Assembly: GCA_951406725.2 (NCBI GenBank) | Contig: OX597843.1 | Location: 6,510,001 to 6,574,000 of the forward strand | Origin: Octopus vulgaris | Taxonomy: Eukaryota | Direction of reading: 5' to 3' | Length of the DNA stretch: 64,000 nucleotides | Part shown: positions 36,839 to 50,632 of the stretch, in pieces | How positions within the stretch are numbered: position 1 is the first letter of the stretch | Layout: each line of letters begins with the position of its first letter | Program-made: the position numbers and the translations under genes | Notes under the pieces: generated by a model | Database searches by the model: none | What the model was told of the DNA's origin: nothing | Seen by the model: only the letters and a program-made list of their open reading frames with translations

Positions 36839-37139
36839 AGGGGTGGACTGGATTAAAAAAAACAAACAAGAGATATTTATAATAGCCTCACGTGAAACCA
36901 ATTAAATGCAATCACACACACACACACCCATACCCATCCATGCACCACCCAGACACCTCAGCTTGCCCATCACTTGCTGTCTTTTGTTCAGGGTTAATGT
37001 GGGTTGTTGCTGCTGCTGTCTATTGTTTATATTGTATTCACTTAGTTGTTGGTTGTTTATGTGAAATGAGGACATCGATCGTTAAGAGCGAGAATTAGGA
37101 TACAGAGCAGCGAGGGAGAGAAATTTATATATGTATATA

Positions 37140-38137
37140 TATGAGCGGCTGTGTGCTAAATAGCTTGCTTACCAACCACATGGTTCCGGGTTCAGTCCCA
37201 CTGCCTGGCACCTTGGGCAAGTGTCTTCTGCTATAGCCTCGGGCCGACCAAAGCCTTGTGAGTGGATCTGGTAGACGGAAACTGAAAGAAGCCCGTCGTA
37301 TATATGTATATAGGCGCAGGAGTGACTGTGTGGTAAGTAGCTTGCTTATCAACCACATGGTTCCAGGTTCAGTCCCACTGCGTGGTACCTTGGGCAAGTG
37401 TCTTCTACTATAGCCTCGGGCCGATCAATGCCTTGTGAGTGGATTTGATAGACGGAAACTGAAAGATGCCCGTCGTATATATATAGGCGCAGGAGTGACT
37501 GTGTGGTAAGTAGCTTGCTTACAAACCACATGGTTCTGGGTTCAGTCACACTGTGTGGCATTTTGGGCAAGTGTCTTCTACTATAGCCTCAGACCGACCA
37601 AAGCCTTCTTAGTGGATTTGGTGAGCGGAAACTGAAAGAAACCCGTCGTATATATATATACATAGGCGGCGAGCTGGCAGAAACGTTAGCGCACCGGGCG
37701 AAATGCATAGCCGTATTTCATCTGTCGTTACGTTCCGAGTTCAAAGTCCGCCGAGGTCGACTTTGCCTTTCATCCTTTTGGGGTCGATAAATTAAGTACC
37801 AGTTACGCACTGGGGTCGATGTAATCGACTTAATCCGTTTGTCTGTCCTTGTTTGTCCCCTGTGTGTTTAGCTCCTTGTGGGTAGTAAAGAAATATATAT
37901 ATGTATATATATATGTGTGTATGTGCGTGTATGTTTGTGTGTCTGTGTTTCTCCCCCTAGCATTGCTTGACAACCGATGCTGGTGTGTTTATGTCCCCAT
38001 CACTTAGCGGTTCGGCAAAAAGAGACCGATAGAATAAGTACTGGGCTTACAAAGAATAAGTCCCGGGGTCAAGTTGCTCGACTAAAGGCGGTGCTCCAGC
38101 ATGGCCGCAATCAAATGACTGAAACAAGTAAAAGAGA

Positions 38138-38179
<42 letters not shown>

Positions 38180-38375
38180 CTTTTACTTGGTTCAGTCATG
38201 TGACTGTGGCCATGCTGGAGCACCGCCTTTAGTTGAGCAAATCGACCCCAGGACTTATTCTTTGGAAGACTAGAACATATTGTATCAGTCTCTTTTGCCA
38301 AACCGCTAAGTTATGGGGAAGTAAACACACCAATATCAGTTGTCAAGTGATGCTGGTGGGGACAAACAGACACAC
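37140..38375. mobile_element. Nested SINE cluster: three tandem A heads, a family B copy (37663-37893) in the TA tract, the A 3' half (37935-38138) and an inverted A 3' half (38180-38375)
   Basis: Each segment matches the family A or B consensus. Confidence 0.85.
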
Positions 38376-38619
38376 AAACACCCCACCCCCCACTCCGAGA
38401 TCGATACCCTTTTACTTTTTTACCTTTATTGAAACTGACCCCCAAAAAGATGAACAATAAAAACCGACCTTGACACAATTTGAACTCAGAGCAAAATGCT
38501 TCACAAGAAACACTGCAACAAGACCTCAGAGGCAATTTTGATCATCCAGAATTGGGATCTGATTTAAAAGCATTTGGGCTGCTATTTCTAGCAGATCAAG
38601 TCTTGCTGATTCACACCTT

Positions 38620-38902
38620 CTTTGTTCCTTCTCGAGCCAAGCCTGGCTCATAAGGGCCGGTTTCCGGTTTCCTTGGCGTATAAGTTCCTCACCTGGACGG
38701 GACGCCGGTCCGTCGCAGGTGAGCTGCAAGATGCAGGAGGAAAGAGTGAGAGAAAGTTGTGGTGAAAGAGTCAGCAGAAGTTTCACCATTACCTTCTGCC
38801 AGAGCCGCGTGGAGCTTAGGTGTTTCGCTCATAAATACACACGTCGCCCAGTCTGAAATTCGAACCCACGATCCCTCGACCGCGAATCCACTGCTCTAAC
38901 CA
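38620..38902 (-). mobile_element. SINE family D head and centre with a V-domain-like tail
   Basis: Minus strand: ggaggcacatggcctagtggttagagc...gggttcgaat...ctgcgacggaccggcgtcccgtccagg...ggctcgagaaggaacaa. Confidence 0.7.
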
Positions 38903-41054
38903 CTAGGCCATGTGCCTCCACTTGGAAAAAACACCCTCTTGGATGGCGTTTGTCAGAAATCAAGTGGGGAGATAAATGACATTTGCTTTGCTAATTTTAT
39001 GCCAACAATTTTGTGGTGACCCCTATTCTAGACTGGCACTTTCTCTTTTAACCCCGCCTTTTTTTCTTTTTTTTTTTTCAAACCGACCCCGAGAGGATGA
39101 AAGGCAAAACTGACCTCGACGGGGATTGAACCCAGAACTTGAAAAACTGGAAACAAATGTCGCAGGACCTTCTAAACGACATTTTGAACGATAAGAGCAG
39201 TTCACCGCCCAAAACTTCTAGGTATTAAATAATGACTCACATGCAAATGGGAGGGGGGTAGGCTGGGGGTGGACGATAAGTGGGGGGGGGGAGGACACTA
39301 AAAAGCAACTTAAAACAGATGTTTAGATCAGTGAGAGAGAGTTGATAGACTTTGTAAAACTACTTTAGGAAGGACTTTGAAAGAAGAGGGGGAGAGGAGG
39401 GGGTGATGAGAGATGGGGGTGAGAAGTAGAGGGGGATAGAAAGAGAGAGAGAGAGAATGAGAGAAGGGGGATAGAATGAGAGAGAGAAAGAGGGGTGAAA
39501 AAATACGAGAGAGAAGTAAGAGAATAAGGGAATGAGAGGCAGAGAGAGAAGACAGAGAGGAGAGAGAGAGAGAGAGAGAACAAGTGAGAGAAAGAGAATG
39601 AAAGAGAGAACAAGTGAGAGGGAGAGAGAGAGAGAGAAGGAAGAGACTAACAAAGAAAGACAGAGAGATGAGAAAGAGAGAGTGGGGGGGAAACCAATTA
39701 AGACAATCGTAAGAACAAGAATCTCTCAGTACTACAACCTCCACTCACACTCACACACACCACTCCACCTCCACTCATAAATGCTCCTCCACTGCACTAC
39801 CCACACTCAAGACGATTCCTCCACCCCCACATACACACCACCTCTACCTTTATAGACAATTTCATCTCCATTCCATCCACGACCCCCACTTACACTCCAG
39901 TCCACCTCCCCTCTTTAGGAAGTCAGACTAATTAGAACGTTTCTTAAGTGGTAGGTACTACTGCTGCTACTACTATTACAAACGATTATAATTGAGGGGT
40001 AGTGGGAGATGAGAGAAAACTGGAGGGGGAGAGAGGGAGAGAGAGAAAACTGGAGGGAGGGAGAGAAAGAAGGAATGAAAGAAAATTGAAGAGGAGAGAG
40101 AGACAGAATGAGAAAGTGAGAAAATTGGAGGGGAAGAGAGAGAAGGAAAGAAAATAGGAGGGAGAGGAGAGAGAAAACAAGAGAGAAAGGGAGAACAGGA
40201 GAGAGTGAGGAGAGAAAGAGGGAGAAGACAAGAGATGGAGAGAGAGAGAGAGAGATGAGAAAGGTGAGAAAATTGGAGGGGGAGAGAAGGCAAGAGATGG
40301 AGAGAGAACAGGGAGAGAGAGAGAGAGAGATGAGAAAGGTGAGAAAATATGAAAATTAGGAAAAAAAAAGGGCCTATTTCAAAGCATGAAAGTGTGGAGG
40401 GGACGGCAGAGACAAAGTATGTTTGGAAGAGAGAGGGGGGAGAGAAAGAGAGAGAGGGAGAGAGAGAGAGAGAGGGGTTGTGAGTGAACATATGGAGGGG
40501 GGTTAGCGAAATAAAAAAAAAAGGGGGGAATCCGAAATAGGTTCCAGAGAGAGAGGGTGAACGGGGGGGGGGGGTAGGAGGACCACGGAGGAGAGTCCGG
40601 GGGGTGGGGGGTAGAGACAAACAAAAAAAATATAAGTTACATTTTATACTAATGAGTTGACAACAGGGGGGGAGACGGAGGAGCAATGTGTGGATGCGCT
40701 GAGGTGTTGCTGGTATTTGAAGCGGGGGGGGGGAGGGTGCCTAGGGTTTGAAGTAGAGACAGAAAGAGAGAAAGAGAGAGCTGTATAGTTATGGAGTGAC
40801 TGGAAAAGGGGGGCTGAAGGCTCTTTGAGGGTCCCTCCCCCCCTCTCTCAGACAATTCGCCACCACCACCACCATCGCCACCCCAGTGCCACCCCAGTGC
40901 CACAATATGCTTCAACAGATGTTGTGAAAACGACTTGGCCAATAAGGGGAATGCCTTGTAACAGCCGGGTGCCTTGCAAGAAAGAGAAGCCAAATCTCAC
41001 TCATGTCACACCATAGTCTTTCAAACAACAACAAAACAAAAACAAAAAGTGAAC

Positions 41055-41785
41055 GCATTAGATAATGTAGTCCTAGATACACTATGTCTGAGTAAAAGGC
41101 TGGATGGTCACAGCTGGAACATCTTTGATCATAGGTCTGTCTGGATCAGGACTAAACTGGGGATAAATGACCAAAAAGAAGGATACATTAGGTAATGTAG
41201 TCCTAGATACACTGTGTCTGAATAAAAGACACGATGGTCACAGCTGGAACTTCTTTGATCAAAAGTCTACTGGATCAGGACTGACCTGGGATTAAACAAC
41301 AAGGAAGGACACATTAGATAATGTAGTCCTAGATACACTAAGCCTCAATCAAAGACAGGATGGTCACAGCTGGAACATCTTTGATCATAAGTCTCCTACA
41401 GGAGGACTCACCTGGGGTTAAACAAGAAACAACACATCCAATTATATGGTCCTAGAAATACTATGTCTAAATGAAAGACAGGATGGTCACAGCTGGAATG
41501 TCTTTGATCATAGGTCAGCTGGATCAAGAATGATCTGATGTAAAACAGCCAAGAAGGGCACATTAGATAATGTAGTCCTAGATACACTATGCCTCAATCA
41601 AAGACAGGATGGTCACAGATGGAACTTCTTTGATCAAAAGTCTACTGGATCAGGACTGACCTGGGGCTAAACAACAAGGAAGAACACATTATATAATGTA
41701 GACCTAGATACACTATGCCTGAATATAAGACAGGATGGTCACAGCTGGAAATCTCAGGTCAGGTCACCTGTACTAGGGCTAAATA
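41055..41785 (+). repeat. ~127-bp satellite, 5-6 units
   Basis: Same unit as the arrays at 3060 and 58768. Confidence 0.9.
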
Positions 41786-42224
41786 TTAAAAAAAACACGA
41801 AAGTGACACTAAAATGGAATTAATGCCATCAGAGTTAATTGCTTAATTATATCATTACAAAATATCATCTGCATGATACACTCATTATTTTCGTTGGCTC
41901 GTTAACGCTGAAACGAGCAACATGTTCATTAAATCAGTTTTTCATATTTACATCCATTTTCCCCTGGCTTAGCATGTGTTAGGGCAGTGGTTTTCAGCAG
42001 GGGTCTTGCGTATGACCCTTTGCTGGGGGCACAGAAGATTTTGTTTATAATTCAGTGCAAAAAATTGGTGATGATGTGAGATCATTTTGGGTCCTGAGCT
42101 TGAAGCAGGATTTCCTTAATTGTTCGTTATTCTCCGTCTTCAACGAATGTGAGAAATCCATTGAAGATGGTTCTTGAGAGGTTTAATAACTTCGTAAGAG
42201 GGACTCAATACTTTCTGAGTATAA

Positions 42225-42703
42225 AGCGGAGAGCTGGCAGAAACATTAGCACACTGGGTGAAATGCGCAGCGGTATTTCGTCTGCCATTACATTCTGAGT
42301 TCAAATTCCGCCGAGGTCGACTTTGCGTTTCATCCTTTCGGGGTCGATAAATTAAGTACCAGTTATGCACTGGGGTCGATGTAATCGACTTAAACCATTT
42401 GTCTGTCCTTGTTTGTCCCCTGTGTGTGTAGCCCCTTGTGGGCAGTAAAGAAATAGGTATTTCGTCTGTCTATGTTGGGGGAGAAACACAGACATACAAA
42501 CACATAGACACACATACATATATATATATACATATATACGACAGGCTTCTTTCAGTTTCCGTCTACCAAATCCACTCACAAGGCTTCGGTCGGCCCGAGG
42601 CTATAGTAGAAGACACTTGCCCAAGATGCCATGCAGTGGGGCTGAACCCGGAACCATGTGGTTGGTAAGCAAGCTTCTTACCACACAGCCACTCCTACGC
42701 CTA
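42225..42703. mobile_element. SINE family B (+, 42225-42455) next to a family A 5' half (-, 42480-42703)
   Basis: Consensus matches. Confidence 0.8.
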
Positions 42704-43688
42704 TAGCTATTTCAGTCATTGGGGGTACTGTCTTGAAGGGTTTATTTGAATAAATTGGGCCCAGTACAAGATTTCAAAGTCAATCAGGGGCCAAGTGTAT
42801 TTTCTGGTTCCAAGGTGCATTTGCAGCGCATTGGATGTATGTGTGTGTCCGTGTGTCCTGTTGTCTACTGAGACTTGCTTGGATCTTATTCGTGCTTCAA
42901 CGTTGATGAAGAAGCAAAGACAAAACCCAAAGACTTCCAAGTCTCTCTCTCTCTGTCTTTCACATCGTTAATACTGCCAACACCACCATGACCAACACCA
43001 ACAACTTTTGTCTTCTCTCTCAGGGTTTCCCTCTTCTGCTCCATCCTCCCCCCCCCCCACCATCATCCACCATCACCATCTTTTCTCTCTCTGTCAAGTG
43101 AACCTATCTCCACCAAACCAGTTTTAATGCAATCTGGCAGCGAAGGGGGACAGGGTGGGGTGGGGAGAGGATACATCATCATTATTATTATTACTATTAT
43201 TATTATTATTATTATTGTTTCCAACAAGGAAACAAAAAGTGATAAAACTTGAATTAAGTTGCTGAAGAAAACTGAGACTGAAGAGGATGAAAAAAAAAAA
43301 GAAGAGGAGGTCCCAACCCAACCCACCCATCCATCCACCCACATCCACCCTAGACAGATAGAGTAAGACAGAAAGCACTCTCGCTTTCTCTCCTCTTCCT
43401 CCACCTACCCCATCTTCTGACATTCCAGGAACACAGTTTTATAATTAGTTACATTCCTTCTACAGATTGCAAAGAACGACCGAGATTCACCATCACCACC
43501 ACCACTGCCATCCTCGACATCACCATCATAATTGCCATTCTCCTCATCAACACAATCATCATCATTATTACTACTACTACTACTACTACTACTATTATTA
43601 TTATTATTACTAATATTATTACTATTTTAATTCTCCTCATCATCATCATCATTATTACTATTATTGTTGTTATTATTATTATTATTAT

Positions 43689-44240
43689 TGAGTGAGAGAG
43701 CAGAGCAGTGCATGCCATCAGAGTGACACTGGGGTACAAATATACAAAGCCAAGAATACCCATCATGACTACCCGTCTGATAAGGGTACACCAGGCACAT
43801 GCATCACAACCATATGTGTGCGACATGGTAATCTCATATCAGGACAAACTGCGCATGACTTTGCAGGTGGGGCCCAGTTAGAATTTTCTTCTGTAACCCA
43901 TCCTGCTCAAAAGGTCCCTGAATAAGGGTTGTTTAAGGATGTTGAAAAAACCACCCATGTTTCCAAGGGTGAATTATCCAAACTTCAAAGAATCCCTCTC
44001 ATCACATGGCTATGATGCTCCCCTACTACTTCTGCTCGTGATCAGAGATGCACATATCGTCAGCCACTAAGGGACATGGTCAACTGGTTAAGGTCAAACA
44101 ACTGACAAGCAAATCTGTGGTATTGAGCAGAATATTTGCTGTAACCCATCTTTTATACCAAGACAAAACAATGTACATGATAACACTTCCAATCAGTTAA
44201 GATCAGAAGCCACGAGAGCCACTGCCTGGGACTGCATCTT
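43689..44240 (-). mobile_element. Repeat family E
   Basis: Homologous to the copies at 22630 and 54325. Confidence 0.75.
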
Positions 44241-44274
44241 AGAGGTTTGGATAATTCACCTTTGGGGAAGCCCA

Positions 44275-44880
44275 CTGAGTGTCTTCTATAGCTCTGGGTC
44301 AACCAATGCCTTTTGAATGGATTTGGTAGATGGAAACTGTGGGGAAGCCTTGAATCGGCTTTTTCCCTTGGATAACAGCAGGGTTGTAGAGAGGAGTGGC
44401 TGGTATGCAAGGGCGACTGCTGGTCTTCCATAAACAACCTTGCCTGGACTCGTGTGCCTTGGAGGATAACTTTCTAGGTGCAATCCCATGGTCATTCATG
44501 AATGAAGGGGGTCTTTACCCTTTGTATATGTAATAAAGGTGCATGGCTCAGTGGTTAGAGCATCAGGTTTACAATCATGAGGTAATGAGTTCGATTCCCG
44601 GACTGGGCTGTGTGTTGTGTTCTTGAGCAAGACACTTTATTTCAGGTTGCTCCAGTTCGCTCAGCTGTAAAATTGAGTTGCGACATCACTGGTGCCAAGC
44701 TGTATCAGCCCCTTTTCCTTTCCCTTAAATAACAGCAGGGTTGCAGAGAGGAGTGGCTGGTATGCAAGGGTGACTGCTGGTCTTCCACAAACAACCTTGC
44801 AAGGACTTGTGTACCTCGGAGGGTAACATTCTAGGTGCAATCCCATGGTCAGTCATGACTGAAGGGGCTCCTTACCCTTT
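44275..44880 (+). mobile_element. Two SINE-like units sharing a ~150-bp tail; the second has a tRNA-like head (44538)
   Basis: The tail aacagcagggttg...caatcccatggtca..catga.tgaagggg occurs at ~44374 and ~44730; the head reads tggctcagtggttagagc...gagttcgattccc. Confidence 0.65.
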
Positions 44881-45227
44881 CATTATCACCATCACCAGCT
44901 CCATGAGTGTGTGTGCTACAAATTTCCAGACTTTGGGTAAAAGAAAATACAGGACGATCACTATTGCTAGACTGGGGGGGAGGGGGTTGCGTTCCTGAGC
45001 AATACACACTTCGCCTCATGTTGCAATTGCTTTGACACCTGACGCGCAGTGCACTGTGCACCTGTTCAGACAACGCCTGTTTGATGCAGAGAGTGATCTC
45101 AGGTGTGACGCAAACAATTGACCTCTATGAACAAATCCTTTGTGTAGGTCAGGCTCTTCAGCGAAAAGCTGAACGCTCCTATGAGATACTCAATGGGAGA
45201 GTCCCTTGTTGTTGTTATTATTATTGG

Positions 45228-45415
45228 CAAGCTGGCAGAGTCAATACCATGCTGGGTGAAATTCTTAGTGGTGTTTCGTCTGTCACTACGTTCTGAGTTC
45301 AAATTCCGCCGAGGTCAACTCTGCCTTTCATCCTTTCGGGGTCAACTAAATAAGTACCAGTTATGCACTGGGGTCGATATGATCGACTTAATCCGTTTGT
45401 CTGTCCTTGTTTGCC
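45228..45415 (+). mobile_element. SINE family B
   Basis: Consensus match. Confidence 0.8.
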
Positions 45416-46116
45416 TAAGGTGCCACACAGAAGGATTGAACCTGAAATTGTGTGAATGCAAACTAAGCTTCTTAACCTCATACACCATTCCTGCGACCAA
45501 ATATACAATGAAATAAAAGCAGACACGGGTACCAAAACCTTTGGGTTGCAGTGGTCAAGGATCGAGAGCAGTGACCAATGAAGGGCTGGTCGCTTGTTAA
45601 GGTACCTGACACTATTCCTAGGGTGTTATGGTTCAATGAACTTTGACCTCAATTTATTTCTGGGTCAGTAAAGGAATGTAGTTAAACCATCTACACCAAA
45701 ATGTCTTGTCAGACTGGTTTGCCAAGAGTCGAGGGGGATAGAGACAGGGGTGGGCAGGAGAGGTATACAGACACAGAGTGTGTGTGTGTGTTTTTGTACT
45801 AATTTTGTATTTATATTCGTGTAACATCGTCTGTTTTTCCGTCCTTGTTTCGTATACATTCGATCCTTTTTCCAAGAAATCTAATGCTCTTAGCTTAGTC
45901 TTTCCTTGGGGCTGGTCGGATCGGAGCAATCTCAGGATTAATCAGCTGAAATTGCGAGGATGATCCGATTCTTGACTGAGGATTAAAGGCTTCAAATGAC
46001 CCATCCGTGTTTTTTGTATCGTCTTCTAAACATTTTGCATTCTTATCCCATTTTAATTTTATACACACACACACGCATGTATATCAAAGAGTATGTGTGT
46101 ACACAATGTTAAATGA

Positions 46117-46165
<49 letters not shown>

Positions 46166-46166
<1 letters not shown>

Positions 46167-46552
46167 GGCGCAGGAGTGGCTGTGTGGTAAGTAGCTTGTT
46201 TACCAACCACATGGTTCCAGGTTCATTCCCACTGCGTGGCACCTTGGGCAAGTGTCTTCTACTACAGCCTCAGGCCGACCAAAGCCTTGTGAGTGGATTA
46301 GGTAGAGGGAAACTGAAAGAAGCCCGTCGCATATATGTATATGTGTGTGCGTGTGTGTTTGTGTATCTGTTTGTCCACCCCCAACCTTGCTTGACAACTG
46401 ATGCTGGTGTGTTTACGTCCCCGTAACTTAGCGGTTTGGCAAAAGAGACTGATAGAATAAGTACTAGGCTTACAACGAATAAGTCCTAGGGTTGATTTGT
46501 TCGACTAAAGGCAGTGCTCCAGCATGGCCACAGTCAAATAACTGAAACAAGA
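46166..46552 (+). mobile_element. SINE family A, full length
   Basis: Consensus match, preceded by (TA)n. Confidence 0.85.
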
Positions 46553-47304
46553 ACACACACACACATAGGCAGGTAGGTATGTATGTATGTAGGTAGGTAG
46601 GTAGGTAGGTAAGTAGAGATAGGCAGGTAGATGAACAGGTAGATAGATTTATATGCTGAAAACCCTGTGGGAGAAAGACAGACGGACAGATAAAGAGAGA
46701 GAGAGAGATAGAAAGAGCTGAGGAATAGAATATCTCTTCCTGTCCTTCCCCCTCCCTCTCACTAACGTTCCTTACTTTCTTTATCCCCCCCCCTCACCAA
46801 AACCTTACCAAACTACAACCCCCCCCCCCCCCCGAATAAAACTCCACAGGACCAAATACCAACTGGAGCAGACCCTGGAGACCCACCTCAGGGTAGTGTA
46901 GGGTAGAAACGCACCCTTATTTAATTACCTGTGGTGAACTGTTCAGGGTAGAAGAACACCCTGTAGTGGTACCACTACATCTGTGCTGATAAGCATAACG
47001 AATCTTTAATTAAACCAACAGATAATTACCCTAATTTATATTAACTACTTTTAATCTGGGGGGATTAACCTAATTTTATTTTATTACTATTTTGGTGGGG
47101 GTGCATGGATTTCAGACGCTTCCTCTTCAGTAGGTAGATGGGTTCAAGTTTGAGAACATGGTCGATAATTTGCCCATGGGCAAAGGTTTCCCCTCCCTCA
47201 ACATTGCTGAGATACATGGTGGCCTGACCTGTTAGATATAGGAGTTAATTCTCCCTGAAATTATATCACTGTCTTTATAAAAAATGGATAGAATTAGTGG
47301 GTGG

Positions 47305-47776
47305 ATGTAGTCCTAGATACATTGACAGGATGGTCATAAGTGGAACGTCTTCAATCAAAGGTCTGTGGTATCAGGGCCAACCTTGGACTAAACAACAAAA
47401 AAGGACACATTTGATAATGTAGTCTAAGATACACTATGTCTAAATAAAAGACAGGATGGTCATGCTGGTGGCACGTAAAAAGCACCATTCGAGTGTGGCA
47501 GATGCCAGTGCCACCTGACCGGCACCTGTGCTTGTGGCACATAAAAAGCACCTTTCAAACGTGGTTCGTGCCAGTGCTGCTTGACTGTCCCCACCCCATG
47601 CCAGTGGCACCTACTACATTCTTGGGGTGGTTGGCGTTAGGAAGGACATCCGGCTGTAGAAACCTTGCCAGATCAGATCGGAGCCTGGTGCAGCCACCTG
47701 GTTCGCCAGTCCTCAATCAAACCGTCCAACCCATGCAAGCATGGAAAAACGGACATTTAAACAATAACGATGATGA
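47305..47776 (+). repeat. Satellite remnant (47305-47465) fused to a family C element (47465-47776)
   Basis: gacaggatggtcatgctgg runs directly into tggcacgtaaaaagcacc. Confidence 0.65.
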
Positions 47777-47830
<54 letters not shown>

Positions 47831-48237
47831 TTATATTTACGCACTTGAAAAACATGAGAGGTTTTACGCAACAGAATTTAACAACCCAAACATTTCTTTC
47901 CTATCATCGCATAACACACTTACTCCAGTTACCATGGCAGTTACTTCCCCACACCTCTACGGAATGATGTAAAGATACACCACATTCTTCTAGTGTACGG
48001 GGTTACCTGATACGAGAACCACTCCAAGTAGGAAGAGCTTTATGAATGATAATAAGCGACATACTTCATTCATACAATGACTGAACTGCCATCTTAATAT
48101 CTGATGTGATAATAGTGGTCACGGGATTTGCAAGTTTGCTCAGGCGAGGGTCTTTTACTAAAGCCCCAGGTCGACCATAGCATCATTAGTGAATCTGTGA
48201 GATGGAAACAGAAAGAAGCCTGTCATACATATACACA

Positions 48238-48276
<39 letters not shown>

Positions 48277-48278
<2 letters not shown>

Positions 48279-48540
48279 TCATCATCGTTTAACGTCCGTT
48301 CTCCATGCTAGCATGGGTTGGACGGTTCGACCGGGGATCTGGGAAGCCAGAAGGCTGCACCAGGCTCCAGTCTGATCTGGCAATGTTTCTACAGCTGGAT
48401 GCCCTTCCTAACGCCAACCACTCCGTGAGTGTAGTGGGTGCTTTTTACGTGCCACCTGCACAGGTGCCAGGCGAGGCTGGCAATGGCCACGGTCGGATTG
48501 GTGCATTTTACGTGCCACCGGCACGGAGACCAGTCGAGGC
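48277..48540 (-). mobile_element. Repeat family C inserted in (TA)n
   Basis: Near-identical, in opposite orientation, to 53717-53962. Confidence 0.8.
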
Positions 48541-49039
48541 GTATATATATATATATATCATGTGATTACATGACCAACTAGGCTATCAGATGTTACACAT
48601 CACTGGTCACAGTGCGTTTTTTGCATTGTTTATGCCTTCAAATGATGCCACCCCGCTGGCAAGGCAAGCAGGCCAACAATCCCCTTGATTGAAAGGGGTA
48701 TTGTAACAGAGTGAAATGAAGTGTTTTGCTCAAGAACACAATGCGTTGCCCGGTCAGGGAATTGAACCCATGACCTGGTGATCGTGAGCGCAACAGCCTA
48801 ACCACTAGGCCAAGTGCCCTCACCATCATTATCATCATTTAATGTCAATTTTCCATGCTAGCATGGGTCAGACGGTTTCGCTGGAACTGGTAAGCTACAA
48901 AACTGCACCAGGTTCCACTCAGATTTGGCTAGTGTGTGTGTGTGTGTGTGTGTGTTTGTTCCTCACCACCACTTGACAACTGGTATTGGTGTGTTTACAT
49001 CCCCTATAGCTTCGCAGTTCAGCACAAGTGACCAATAGA

Positions 49040-49775
49040 TTAACCCTTTCATTACCAACCTGGTTGAAACCACCTCTGGCTCTGTAGTACAAATGTCTTG
49101 TTTTCATAAGTTCTGGATTAAAATCTTCCACCAAACCTTAGTCACAATTTATGTTCCTAACACTAGCTGAATGATAACGAAGTTATTTTACTAAATTCTT
49201 TGTTATATTTAAAGCAATTGAAAGAAACACAGAGCATCTCAACAGAAGAAATATGGTAACAAAAGGGTTAAAATATATAATAGAGAAACAATTCTTAACC
49301 CTTTTGATACCAACCTGGTTGAAACCACCTCTGGCTCTGTAGTACAAATGTCTTGTTTTCATAAGTTCTGGATTAAAATCTTCCACCAAACCTTAGTCAC
49401 AATTTATGTTCCTAACACTAGCTGAATGATAACTAAGTTATTTTACTAAATTCTTTGTTATATTTAAAATTAATTGAAAAAAACACAGAACATCTCAACA
49501 GAAGAAATATGGTAACAAAAGGGTTAAGATATATAATAGAGAAACAATTCTTAACCCTTTTGATACCAACCTGGTTGAAATCACCTCTGGATCTGTAGTA
49601 CAAATGTCTTGTTTTCATAAGTTTTGAATTAAAATCTTCCACCAAACCTTAGTCACAATTTATGTTCCTAACACTAGCTGAATGATAACTAAGTTATTTT
49701 ACTAAATTCTTTGTTATATTTAAAATTAATTGAAAGAAACACAGAGCATCTCAACAGAAATCTGGTAACAAAAGT
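49040..49775. mobile_element. Tandem trimer of a ~224-bp piggyBac-like MITE
   Basis: Units run TTAA|CCCTTT...AAAGGG|TTAA at 49044-49267 and 49299-49523; the third starts at 49555 and has a damaged right end. Period is 255-256 bp. Confidence 0.8.
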
Positions 49776-50117
49776 GACCAGGCTTAAAAAAAAAAAGATC
49801 TTTTTAAAGTACAAGAGTCGATTCGTTCGACTAAAACTCTTCACAGTGGTGCCCCAGCATGACCAATGTTAAGCGACTGAAACGTGTAAAAGATACGAGA
49901 TACCCACACACATACACGCAGTGACTGTCCCACTTCTAATATATACAGCAGTAATTTTTGTTTGTTTTTAGCAAGAAAGTCAATGTGGCAATGAGTCATT
50001 CACAGACAGAAGTCTACGGCAGGGGGAGGGTATAGACACCTCATTACTATATATATATATACATACATACACACATATATGTGTGTGTGTATATATATAC
50101 ATATATATATATATATA

Positions 50118-50348
50118 TTTCTTTACTACCCACAAGGGGCTAAACACAGAGGGGACAAACAAGGACAGACATAGGTATTAAGTCGACTACATCGACCCCA
50201 GTGCGTAACTGGTACTTAATTTATCGACCCCGAAAGGATGAAAGGCAAAGTCGACCTCGGCGGAATTTGAACTCAGAACGTAACGACAGACGAAATACGG
50301 CTACGCATTTCGCCCGGCGTGCTAACGTTTCTGCCAGCTCGCTGCCTT
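50118..50348 (-). mobile_element. SINE family B, full length
   Basis: Reverse complement of the consensus. Confidence 0.85.
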
Positions 50349-50394
50349 TATATATATATATGTATGTGTGTGTGTGTGTGTGTGCGTGTGTGTA

Positions 50395-50632
50395 GAGGTG
50401 CGTGGCTTAGTGGTTAGGGTGTCAGTACATCATGATCGTAAGATTGTGGTTTCGATTCCTGGACCAGGCAACACATTGTGTTCTTGAGCAAAACACTTCA
50501 TTTCACGTTGCTCAAGTCCACTCAGCTGGCAAAAATGAGTAACGCTGCAATGGACTGGTGTCCCGTCCATCTGGGGAACACATACGCCATGGAAACCGGG
50601 CCCACGAGCCTGGCTAGGCTTTTAAAGGGCGC
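50395..50632 (+). mobile_element. tRNA-derived SINE with a V-domain-like 3' part
   Basis: tggcttagtggttaggg...gtttcgattcct...ttcttgagcaaaacactt...gcaatggactggtgtcccgtcca; related fragments at ~8370-8520 and ~48690-48820 (-). Confidence 0.65.
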
